DNA of 64,000 bases from Bilabrum cf. latius. Taxonomy: Eukaryota. Made by a program: the position numbers and the translations under genes. The notes below the pieces were generated by a model, which was not told where the DNA came from, did no database searches, and was given only the letters and a program-made list of their open reading frames with translations. Position 1 is the first letter of the stretch; every line of letters starts with the position of its first letter. Location: positions 1-64,000 of the forward strand of contig OZ237757.1 of NCBI GenBank assembly GCA_965178125.1, given 5' to 3'. Below are positions 1 through 11,401 of this stretch, in pieces.

Positions 1-285
1 CGGGGCCAAGCTCCTTCATTCCTATCCTGCGGCAGCAATGGCGCATCTGCGAGCTAAGGATGCCCGACACGGACCATTCTAATCCACCAGATGTGACCTC
101 AATGTGGCAGGTCTCATTCCGGTGTGTGGATGTCTCATCGCGGTTGTAGGATGGGCGTGGTGTGGGTCCTTCTGGATTTCTTGACATTTCGAGCATGCTT
201 ATTGATATGATTTTTTTTTCTCGTTGTATAGATTTGGATCTACAAGAACAGTATCTACTTCAACACGTCTAGACACCTGACAGGA

Positions 286-3200
286 TCAACCGAACATGTG
301 CTAGAGCTGCATCCTGCCCTTTCCGCGGCCATCAGCTTGAGCGGTCTCTTGAAGATGCTTCGCTGTTCTCCGCCATGATGCGAGCAAGCCCTAGACCTTT
401 CCAATGGACAGGGCCATCTTCCCTTGGTCCTCTCCCCAGACATCCGCTGCTTTAAATGCACTGATCTCGGCAGGACTCCAGTTGCCGGGCCCCTCGGCCA
501 ATTCTACCTCCATAGGATCGTCGTTGGCACGAAACACCGTCTGGCACACCTACTGCACCCGCTCGTCTTCATCGCCAAGTCCCACACCCAGGCCCATCAA
601 CAAAGAGTGCTGGCGCAACACATGCTTCCACTCCTGCACCACGCTCCACCCAGCAAGCGTCCGTGCCAAAGGACTGGGCTCTACTGCAAAGGGATGTCGC
701 TAGGATCTGACAAACCCCGTCAGAAGCAGCGTACCTCGCAGGCAGACCTTCTATCTGGCGGATCCAACTGGATATGTCCGACTACGCCTGTACAAGCGAG
801 CGGCTCCTCTAGCTGCTTGCACCACCAGACGAACTCGCTCCGCTTGGATGGCCTGCCATCCGAGAGCACCCAGTCTCCCCAGCCGCTCCGCTGCTCCTTC
901 CCCTTCGACCTCGGCAGCTCCAGCCAACTCACGCGCTCGCTCCACGGCATTTCGTAGGCCTCGGACCCGTCCAATGGACGCACGAACCATGGCAAGCACT
1001 GCGTGACAACTTGCACCGCCGTGCAAAGCATTGCGAGCTGTCTTCACCACCCGTCGAGCCATCCGGACCAGCGATGAGAGTCTCCTCAGCTTCTCCAAAG
1101 CCTCTTGCCCTCTACTTGCCGCGATTGCACAGCCGATACGAAAACCTACGCGCTCTTGCCGGCTGTTCGTCTCCGGCAGATCTCCATGCATAATTTCGTC
1201 TCTGTGGCGCAGATGTGCAGCCTCGGATCGGTCCATGAGCGCTTGCACCTTGGCCAAGAGCTTCACGGTCTCGACACCACACAGTTCCGTGAGGAGCATC
1301 TCGGCCCCTGCAGCAGCGTTGACGGCAGCTTGACGCTGTTCGCTTCCATCGTCCAGGACCATTGCGTCAGAGACATCGGACCTCAACCACCCTACTACCA
1401 AACGTGTTGCTCGCACTACGGGCTGCTATGCCTCCTCCTGGCAAGCCCGACCCGCCACCGTGGCGATGCCCATCAGCGCAAGGCTAGCCCGTCTGGTCTC
1501 GAAGCTTCCACGCCTAAGTACCGCTGCAGTACTCTCACCGATGGTACCTTCCTCCAATGGCAAGCGGAACTAGTCCCGCCAGGGCCTCCGCATATCCTCC
1601 ACGTCAAGCGCATCCCAAGGCTCCACCTACCGTGCACGAAGCAGTCGCCTGGTCCTGTCGTAGACGGAAGTGCTCATATATCTGAACTTCTAGATCCGCC
1701 GCATGGCTGCCAAGACTGCAGCTCGGGTGAGGCTGTCGACACGGGCAGCCTCTTGCGTCGAACCCGGCAGCGCCAGCGTCAAGCGCTCCCCTGCGTGCGT
1801 GCCCCTGCGAACCAAGTCGAGTTCCTCTTCCTTGACCAAACGGCCCTGCCGACGGACCGTGCCGATAGCAATCTGGAGCAGGTTGTCGTGTAGCACGGTG
1901 GCCGCCCTGCCAGCAAGCATCAGCTGCAGTGGGGAGGCAGACTGGGTCCCATCCACCCTTATGGTATCCGGCACTCCGCCCAGCGGGAGCGACCCTAGCC
2001 TGAACCGTCCGTCGTCATCCTAGCCGGTAAGACACAGCGCTAGCGGAAATGGCACACCAGGGGTGTTCACCGGAATCGCCGTCCCATGCGGAAACTTCTC
2101 GTTCTTGCCTCCTCTCACCATGGCCGCAAATGCACCAATTGCCGCCAAGGGAACGTCCTCGTACGCCTTCTGGAGCGCGGAGACCATGTCCTCGAGCGTT
2201 ACTCCCAGGTTTCTCATGGTCTCGTGCATCAGCGAGGCTGGAGCTCCCAGTAAGGTGGCCGCTTTGGCCTGCTGCTCAATGCTCTGCGTCAGAGCCACGG
2301 TATTCTCGAGCTGCATGACCACCTCGGACGCAAGCCTCCCTGGGCTGATTCGCACTACAGCAGTCAGTAGAGGGCCTGGTGCGTTGATCAGCACGGCAGA
2401 CACCAAGGCCGGGTGCAGCATTCGACCAATGACCCGGCCGAGCTCCACGCAGGGATCGTCACTGCCGCTCTGCAGGAACGACCTCAGATCCAGCAAGGCG
2501 CAGTCCTTGGGAGACTCAGTCCCAGCGGCGAATCCGACAACGTGGCGCCGGCTGTCAGCCCGTGTTACCGCGAGTGGTCGCTACCCCGTGCAGGCAATGA
2601 GCGAGGCCGACTGCACACCCACCACGATGAGTGACGCTACGCCGTGCAGCAGCTTCGGAAGCACCTCTGGAGAGCGGGCCTCCGGATCCGTGATCTCCCT
2701 CACCCCGCCCCTGGTCACAACCTGAAGCACCATAGCCAGAGTTGCCTGGGCTACGCGGCACTGGCCGTTCCAGTTGCGTGGATCCTTCTCCACCGTTCGC
2801 CGTCGGTCCGCAATGGTGCCATCCGCCACATGCCAGATGGCCTGCCGCAGTCTGGCCTCGGGACGCGGAAGGACGGACTCCATGATGGACCGGGTCATGG
2901 CTTGCCCAGTCTGGGTGGGGGCCACCATCTGCGACACATCCAGCGCAAGCATGCGCAGCTCCCCTGCGACTGCCTGCTGAACAGCTAAACCGTCCGACAC
3001 CTGCTCAGCCGCCATAGCCTTTATCTCGATACTGGCCGCCGTAGCCATGGCCCCTCGGACCGCCTCCTCCAAGTCCCGCGTGACGGCATGCGCCACCTCC
3101 CGCTGCACCATGGCAGCAACTGTGTCAAAGAAGGGCGCTCGAACTGTCGACGTTCCTTCCGCCAGGGCATCCACGAGACTGGCGTGTCCGTCCTCAAGTC

Positions 3201-6200
3201 CCAGCGCCATTGCTAGTCCCATCAGAAGACCGGGCCCTGCCATGCTGAATTCGACGCGAAGCGATGCTCGAGCGTCACCTATAGCCTGCAACCTGCGACA
3301 CGCGATCTCGGTGGCCTCGTCGTGCGCAACCCTTGCCATGGTGGCCGCAGCAGCCCGCCCCACCTTTGGAACCTGCTGCCTGCATCGCTCCAGCTCACCA
3401 TACAGCCGAGACCCAAGCCGTTGGTGACTGTCGCCGCTGAGCCTCGTGGAGCGGAACGCCTGCTCGACGTACATCTGCACCCCGTGAGATACGCTCAGCA
3501 TCGCGGGCAAGAGCTTACGAACAAACTCGTCGTCCCGCTCGCGGGTGGCCTGCGATACCAGCTCAGCCACGTGCTGAAAGTCATGCTTAGTCATGGCAGC
3601 TTGCGTATCGCCTCTGGCACGAGCCCTGAACTGCACACTGCCCAGAGATGGGCTCATGAGCAGGCAGTTCACGTTCTCTTCATCCACTTGCATTGGGAAG
3701 ACGAACTAGCTCCCCACCTGTCCGAAGCCCGGTACGGAGGAGATGTCGGCCACGGCATCACCCGCAAGTGCCATGGCATGACGCAGGCCCAGCACGCTCG
3801 GAAACGCAGCGTGCATGTCGCCGCCACCTGCCATGAAGCCCAGGTCCATGGAGAGCAACACGGGGTCCTGGCACTGGATCTCTGGTCGATGTTGCCCGAG
3901 CTCCGTCGCCATGCGGATGGCGTCCCTCCCGGCGGCAAGAGGGTCGACGAACACTACAGGGTGCCCGCCGTGGTCCGGAGGGTCCTCCTCAGGCTCACCA
4001 GCGGCCGGAGCCTGTCGCAGCATCAGGGATCGCATCACAGCAACCGCCGCCTGGTTCTGGCCCCCGACGACCAGGATTCGGTAGATCGAGCACGCCAGGA
4101 CCCCTTGGATCTTCAGTCCGTCAGGATATCTCAGCCTGTGGGGCAGATGGCTGACCTGGGTGGGATGCAGGGCCGCGTCCTCGCTCAGAACCCGGAGCAC
4201 TTCGCACAGGAAGTACCCGGGCCTGATGCGATGCCCGCCATCAGGCTCAGCAGTCCCACGCACGCCCATGTGACGGTCTCCAGGACTCAAAGTCTCGGTG
4301 TGGGTGCTTCCGCGAGAGACACCGACGGGCGAGTCGGTTGCTACAATCGCGTACGATGCGGAGAGTCCCTGCGCCGTCGTGGCAGTCCTCGGGGTCGACT
4401 GCACCATGAACTCGGGCCCGCGGTACCCCTCCTTCTCTCTCACGTAGTTGATGGCACCTGCGATGCCAATCAGGAGCGACTGCACGGCCTGGTCGAACGG
4501 CGTTCCAACGAGGCGCATTCCCTCCAGTCGCCGGATGTTCCAGCGCCTCGCGAGTGTGCGCAAGGAGGCCTGCTCTTCCTCAGACCCTGCGTGAGCAACG
4601 CCAAACACCCGAGCCACACCGCCCTCCGGTAGCACGACTCGCACCTCAGCCGCCCCCGCCAGGAGGACAGAGACCGAGACGTCGCCAGATCCGACCCCGC
4701 GCTGTTTGGGCATCATCGTGAGGTACTTGCGGAGCGTGGCACGTGCGGATTTCACGGCCCTGGCATTGCCTCGCACTGTGCCGGTGCTTCCCTCCAGGAT
4801 CGCTTCAGCTTCCTCTAGCACCCCAACCTCCTCGCTGCTCTGGTGGAAGCGACGAGCTGCACTTCGAACGTCCGATGTCAGGGATTGGACGGTCACGTGG
4901 TCCCCTGCTGGTGCAGGGAGAGCGTGATGGATGCGGTGCAGCCGCAGCGGCTCCGAATCCACGCCCATGTTCTGGATCCCCATCGGTCCAAGGTACGCGA
5001 CGTCGATGCGGGGTGAGTAGTACGCGCCGTGACTCCTCGGCGTGCCGGGATTGTCCCGCTCCTACGTGGGGATGTGCCGGTTGAAGACGATGCTGTAGCC
5101 GAGCCGGGGCCTGGATGAGCCGCTCGTGTCCACCTCGGTGCGCTGGTGCTGCTGCGTGGCCGACTGCACCCTGATCTGCCCCCCGTCCCTCTGCAGACCC
5201 CTGCGCCCGCAGAGGACCCCATCCTGCGTCGCCGAGTCGGCTCCAATCAGCACGTCGATGAGGCCGTAGGCTTGGTCCAGCGGCTCGTCCAGCAGGAGCC
5301 GTGACACCGGCCCCCCAAGCGCCAGCATGAACGGGCTGGTCTGCACCTCCTGGGAGGCTCCGGCGCCGGATAGGATCCCGACCACCTCCATGGCGTCGAC
5401 ATCGGAGAGCTCAGAGCGGACCGCCACGGGGGCCGCCATGCCGTCTGGTGGGTTCCGCAGCACATCCGGGGCGGCCTCCTGCTCCTCTTCAGGCTCGCCT
5501 TCCAGCTCGGCATCCGCAGCTCCGAAAGCCTCCGCGGCAGGATCTCCACCATCCGCTTCCTCGTCGCCACCTTGGTCTCCGTCCGAGTCCCACTGGCCTT
5601 CCCTACCCCACTCGCCTTCCCCAGCCTCATACCCGGCATCTTCGTCGCCCTCTGCATGCTCCTCCGCCCCAGCCGGCTGCGCCGCCGGCCCCTCCTCCAT
5701 CTCGTCCTCGTCCTCGTCCTCGTACATGAACGCTGGAGGCTGCTCGGAGAGCCCGACCGCGTCAAAGACCGTCTCGTCCACGCGGTTGTACTCGATGTAG
5801 TGATCCCACTCCGTGCGGAGCGGAGAGAGCTTGTGGCTGTGCAGCCCGGGCTCCGCCAGCATCGGAGACGGCCAGAAGCTGACCGCCACCGAAGCCAGCT
5901 TGCTCCGAATGAAGGCAGCCCCTTCCTCGTTCAGGTCTTCGCTCTCCAGCATCTTGGTGATGTCAGTCCAGCCAACGAGCTGCACGAGAAAGCGGCCGCG
6001 CCTCTGCGCGCGCTGCTCCACGCCGGCAGCATCAGTCTCGGCATGCAGGAGGCTGTCCACGACGACAACGGCGCGCCTCTGGTACGCCCACCAGCGCCGC
6101 ATGCCTTGCATGGTCACCGTCTCCATCACTGGAGGTGCGAGCGCCCTCCACACCTCGGGAGGCAGCTCCTGCCTGCCAACGCAGGTCAGCAGGCCCTGCA

Positions 6201-7272
6201 GGGCCTGCACCGCCTCGTCGTCCACCTCCCATATGTGGTAGGCCAGCATGGGGTGCTGCGCGAGGTCGTCTGTCGCCTCGTGCATGCCGAACCGGTACTC
6301 GGGCGGGAGGTTGACGGCCAGGGCCTCCTCTCCATGCGCTCCCCCAGGGTCGCCGACGACCAGGTTCCACGCCTGCACGGGTGGCGCACCGACCTCCCCT
6401 CCGGCGTCTGGGCCTGCGCCACCGCCTTGGGCGCCGGCTGCCTCTGCACCGGCAGCGAACACGACTCCGGGGATGGGCAGCTCGGGCGCTCCTCCCTCTG
6501 CCCCGAAGAGCGGTTGCTGGCCCTGAGCATCCCAGACCATGGCCTGCCGAGCTGCCTGGGTGGCCGCGTGGGCGGCTTGGCGCCCGAGGAAGATGGCCTG
6601 GACCGCTTCTGGGGGCTCGTCGTCCTCCATCGCGTCCTCCCCTGCGCCGACCCCGGCCAGGACGGGCACCTCGGCGAGAGGCACGGGCCCAGGGACGAGT
6701 TGGTGCTGGGCAGCCTGGGCAGCTGGCTGCTGCTCGGCTGCTGGAGGGGCCGGACCGACGCCGGCTGGCCCACCTGCAGGCTCCTGCTGGGGCTCCGGGA
6801 TCGGGAGGAAGGCGTCGGCATCGCCAGCTGGCGGCTCGGGCTGCAGGCCTCCTGGGACCGGCAGGTTGGCACCCGGACCAGCGGGGTGCTGGGGCGGGGC
6901 GGCGGGCATCGCCTGCTGGCCAGCAGCAAGAGCTGCACCCGGTGGTGGTTGTTGGGCGCCCTCTTGCTGCTGGTGCTGGGGCTCCGGAGCATGCTCGCCG
7001 ATGGCTGGGACGGGGGCCGGCAGGCCTGCCGCATCGCCCCCCCCGGCGGCATGACCGCCTGGCGCTGGCCCCACCTGGGCCGGGATCTGGGCCTGCGCCT
7101 CGCCGGCCGGCGGGCCAGGCAGGGCGGCACCTCCTGGTTGAAGTGGCCCTGGGACTCCGATGCGCACGCGATGCGGGTTCTGGGCGTAGCCCTTCGCGCG
7201 GCGGTCCAGGAAGGCCCGGAGGTAATCGAGAGCCTTCACATGCTTGGTGGCGTCGTACGTGGACTGCGCCAT
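286..7272 (-). CDS. Giant intronless hypothetical protein, ~2328 aa if TAG=Gln; Pro/Ala/Gln-rich and acidic N-terminal third, then an apparently folded region
   Basis: ORF-track pieces 5062-7272, 3706-4983, 2581-3693, 2020-2496, 1690-1974 and 751-1416 are in one frame. They are separated only by TAG (13 in total, at 5062, 3706, 2581, 2020, 1690, 1627, 1570, 1426, 751, 700, 550, 391, 301). There is no TAA/TGA until TGA at 286-288. Confidence 0.85.
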
Positions 7273-7842
7273 GACCAGACTGCGGACAGAGATGCCACAA
7301 GGATATATAATATACTTGGGATGTGATTAGTATGATGGTACGATGCGTTGTTCCCTGGTGGCGCACTCGTCACGGCGGTGCCGCGCATCAGGTTCCGCAA
7401 CCTGATCCGGGCCACCACAAATGTTGTCGCAGCACACCTACCGCAAGCAAAGTGAGCATTGGGCGCGCAGCCTATATATCGCCGCGCAATTGTTTGCAGT
7501 ATGTTATATTATTTGATAATATGCGCGAGATTAGTTCCAACGAGTGCTTGCCGTCGCGCAATTGAGGCAAACGTCTGAACCACGTTGCAGCAAGCGCATT
7601 GCGCAAGGCAATCCCCACGCATACCCCATCGATTTGACTCACGTTTGCTTTAGGGTTGTATGCACAATATGCTATAGTAGCTATATGCCAAGTATGCGCC
7701 TCTGCAATTGAATACAAGGAGCGCAATATGAGTGTTTCTGATTTCGCGCTGCTCGTTGGGTGAACGGGTAGGTTTCGGCGTGACAAGTGCAAGTTGCGTG
7801 CACTTTTGATGCGAATCTGTAATTTTTTTTCGGTTTCGCGTG

Positions 7843-7936
7843 GGTTGCTGTGGTGGTGTAGTGGTATTGCGTACGGTTGGTAATCGCACCCCGGCCTACC
7901 CCCGAGGTTCGATTCCCGTTGGGGCGATCTTTTTTT
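7843..7936 (+). ncRNA. tRNA-derived Pol III-type unit (degenerate tRNA-like)
   Basis: A-box TGGTGTAGTGG at 7854-7864, B-box GGTTCGATTCC at 7906-7916, 5' GGTTGCT can pair with 3' GGCGATC, followed by T7 at 7930-7936. Anticodon and T stems are imperfect, so it is not a canonical tRNA. Confidence 0.55.
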
Positions 7937-8164
7937 AATTTTTTTTCTGGGCTGGGGTCCGTTCCCCCCACGACTGGGGGATCGACCCAACATCATGGGT
8001 CCCAGGTCTGAGACCGAGTGCGCGGGGTTATGTGGGTGCCTTTTTTTTTTTTTTTGCCCTCGAGCTTGTCCAGGAGTAACCCTGGGTCTCGTGCCCGTGT
8101 TCCCTGTCGCATCCAAGCACCTGTTCGTGACCTCACCCGTGTTCCCCTGGCACCGCAGAGTACT

Positions 8165-9703
8165 ATGGCCGCCGCAAAGAGCTACAGCGCCAAGCACACC
8201 AAGGCATCTCGCCCTGTCGTGGCCTCCCTGGCTTCAGGCGTCGACACTTCCGCGGCCAAGCAGATCCTGCTTATCTCCCTCGTGGGCCTCCACCAGGATT
8301 GCGGGCTGCTCTGCGGATCTTCGGAGCACTACGAAGGGACCAAGAGGGAGGGCATCAGGGCCTGCGTGGATGCCATGCTGGCGCTGGATGAGTTTGAGGT
8401 GCCATTTGGCGTGCTCACAGCGCTGAACAGCCGCCTGTGCCCAGACGCGTCAGCCAGCAGCTCCGACTGGCCAGGCTTTCGGAAGATGAAGCAGCTTCTC
8501 ACGGCTCTGCGCGAGTGTGGCTACTCCACCACCACAAACCCATTCTTCAAGGCAGGCTTAGACGGCTTGCGCAGGCGCTTCAAGAACGTGCTCAAGTTCA
8601 TCTGCGATAATGGAGCTGGGACGGCCTCTGTACGTGCACGCGGAGGCATGGAGGCTGTATTCATAGAGGTGTTCGACATGGCAGTCAAGGACTCTGCCGG
8701 GGCTGCAGCAGGAGATCAAGGTGGCTCTTCGGGAGCCGCTGCTACCTCGCCGAGTGGGGCATCCCGTGCTCGGAAGGGCAAACGGAGTGCCATGGACGAC
8801 GACGACGATGAGGACGAGGACAACCCCGACAACAATGTGAAGGGCCAGAGGGCCTACACGGCCCGGAAAGCACGGGGTGAGCCGGATACAGACGGCTCAG
8901 AGTCCAGCGACTCATCGACCGAGCGACTGAACAACGATCTTCTCAGAGCCAAGCGAGAGGCGGAGGCCGAGAGAAAGGCCAAGGCAAAGGCCAAGGCAAA
9001 GGCCAGGACCAAGGCCGCGGGCAAGTCGAAGGGCAAGTCGAAGGGCAAGTCGAAGGGCAAGGCGAAGGGCAAGGGTGCACAACCGGCAGAGTCAAAGGGC
9101 AAGAAGGCGGCTGAGGCTGAGCCGCGGGCATAGAGGCAGCCCGAGCGACCGGCAGTCGTCCAACCAGGCAATGGCAGAGGAGCACGCCGCGCCGTTGAAC
9201 AGGAGAAAAGGGGAGCAAGTGGCGCAAGGAGTGGAGCAGCAGCATCACTGCCTCGTCAGGACTCTGACGAAGATGAAGAGGACATCGGTGGTCGGTACCG
9301 CGCAGACGCAGCTGGAGAGCAGGACGAGGACGACGCTCCAATGGGGTTTGAGCAGCAGGACGAGGAGGATGAGGAGCAGCTGGTTGAGGAAGAAGAAAAC
9401 GACGGCCAGAACCAGCAAGACGACTCTGACAACAACAGTGGAATGGAGGACACCGCCTTCACCGACTAGCAGCGGCACCTGGTGGACCGCATCCTTGCTG
9501 CCTGCGATGACAGCGCGATGGGCGTCAGCCGGACTCTCAAAGACATGCGCGAGGACGTGGAGGCAACAATTGAAGAGAGGGACCGCGAGTTGGAAATGTT
9601 CGCAAACCTGATGACGGCCCTCGAGAAGACGGCGAAAGGAGATCTCAATGCGGCAGACGTCGACGCTGTGGAAGCGCTCCTAGCAGCTTTCGGTGACGAG
9701 TGA
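8165..9703 (+). CDS. Hypothetical 512-aa protein: helical N-terminal domain, Lys-rich KGKS repeats, acidic tract, C-terminal coiled coil; possibly nucleic-acid/chromatin binding
   Basis: ATG at 8165. ORFs 8018-9133 and 9482-9703 are in one frame joined across TAG at 9131 and a second TAG near 9467. Ends at TGA 9701-9703. Confidence 0.8.
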
Positions 9704-9955
9704 GAGGCAGGCAGGGGGACGGCAATTGAGGTCAGTGGCAGCTGGGCCAGCTTGTGAGAGGAGTTTGCCAAAGTGTCTGCCATTGACCCATTCGGACGCA
9801 GCATTAGGAGCCGGGAGGCATTCTGTTGAGTCTTGACGTGTCAACCAGTTAATACCTTAGATCAAAGCAATCCACACAGCAAATACAACTGTCATGTACA
9901 CCATACCCATTCTACAATTGACAGATAAACCATGCATATTGAATAAACATGCAAA

Positions 9956-11341
9956 TCTTCATACACCCATATCGGCGCCGCGCGGCCAGAACGGAACCTG
10001 GGGAACATTTGGCCCATGTTGTGCTCCCAGGCCGTCCCGATGCAGTTTGAACGGTCTTCATATCACCTGTAGTTGCCGAGATCGTAGCACGTCGTTTTTC
10101 GGTGTGAAATTCTTCATACACCCATATCGGCGCCGCGCGGCCAGAACGGAACCTGGGGAACATTTGGCCCATGTTGTGCCCCCAGGCCGTCCCGATGCAG
10201 TTTGAACGGTCTTCATATCACCTGTAGTTGCCGAGATCGTAGCACGTCGTTTTTCGGTGTGAAATTCTTCATACACCCATATCGGCGCCGCGCGGCCAGA
10301 ACGGAACCTGGGGAACATTTGGCCCATGTTGTGCCCCCAGGCCGTCCCGATGCAGTTTGAACGGTCTTCATATCACCTGTAGTTGCCGAGATCGTAGCAC
10401 GTCGTTTTTCGGTGTGAAATTCTTCATACACCCATATCGGCGCCGCGCGGCCAGAACGGAACCTGGGGAACATTTGGCCCATGTTGTGCCCCCAGGCCGT
10501 CCCGATGCAGTTTGAACGGTCTTCATATCACCTGTAGTTGCCGAGATCGTAGCACGTCGTTTTTCGGTGTGAAATTCTTCATACACCCATATCGGCGCCG
10601 CGCGGCCAGAACGGAACCTGGGGAACATTTGGCCCATGTTGTGCCCCCAGGCCGTCCCGATGCAGTTTGAACGGTCTTCATATCACCTGTAGTTGCCGAG
10701 ATCGTAGCACGTCGTTTTTCGGTGTGAAATTCTTCATACACCCATATCGGCGCCGCGCGGCCAGAACGGAACCTGGGGAACATTTGGCCCATGTTGTGCC
10801 CCCAGGCCGTCCCGATGCAGTTTGAACGGTCTTCATATCACCTGTAGTTGCCGAGATCGTAGCACGTCGTTTTTCGGTGTGAAATTCTTCATACACCCAT
10901 ATCGGCGCCGCGCGGCCAGAACGGAACCTGGGGAACATTTGGCCCATGTTGTGCCCCCAGGCCGTCCCGATGCAGTTTGAACGGTCTTCATATCACCTGT
11001 AGTTGCCGAGATCGTAGCACGTCGTTTTTCGGTGTGAAATTCTTCATACACCCATATCGGCGCCGCGCGGCCAGAACGGAACCTGGGGAACATTTGGCCC
11101 ATGTTGTGCCCCCAGGCCGTCCCGATGCAGTTTGAACGGTCTTCATATCACCTGTAGTTGCCGAGATCGTAGCACGTCGTTTTTCGGTGTGAAATTCTTC
11201 ATACACCCATATCGGCGCCGCGCGGCCAGAACGGAACCTGGGGAACATTTGGCCCATGTTGTGCCCCCAGGCCGTCCCGATGCAGTTTGAACGGTCTTCA
11301 TATCACCTGTAGTTACCGAGATCGTAGCACGTCGTTTTTCG
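9956..11341. repeat. Tandem array of ~9 copies of a 155-bp unit
   Basis: ATACACCCAT recurs at 9961, 10116, 10271, 10426, 10581, 10736, 10891, 11046 and 11201. The only differences noticed are single substitutions in the first (gtgctccc) and last (agttaccg) copies. Confidence 0.98.
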
Positions 11342-11401
11342 ACAAATATTGAAGATGAAAATATTTTTTCCCCGACCCTGTCCCTGACTTTATATTAGAT
11401 A

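Larger units (their letters stand above)
1..11401. mobile_element. Putative telomere-attached/inserted element (mobile element or endogenous virus); left end outside window
   Basis: Lies distal to a (CCCTAA)n array oriented as a left chromosome end. Contains two intronless orphan ORFs, a Pol III-like unit and a terminal 155-bp tandem array. No transposase, RT or integrase recognised in the visible part, so element status is inferred from position only. Confidence 0.4.

Noticed and set aside
1-82. Possible 3' end of a plus-strand ORF (GAKLLHSYPAAAMAHLRAKDARHGPF-TAA) converging on the giant ORF
   Set aside because: Too short to support without the upstream sequence.
3322-7366. Long overlapping or antisense ORFs (e.g. 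3322-4632+, 5572-7326+; also 34670-35971+, 45728-47263+)
   Set aside because: Shadow ORFs caused by high GC3 codon bias of the real genes on the other strand or frame.
7843-7936. Possible UAG-decoding tRNA(CUA)
   Set aside because: A CTA occurs near 7896, but it is not centred in a canonical anticodon loop and the stems are degenerate. No suppressor tRNA was found in this window.
9912-11257. Eight near-identical 86-89-aa ORFs; possible CRISPR-like array
   Set aside because: By-product of the 155-bp tandem repeat. There are no variable spacers, no cas genes, and the context is eukaryotic.
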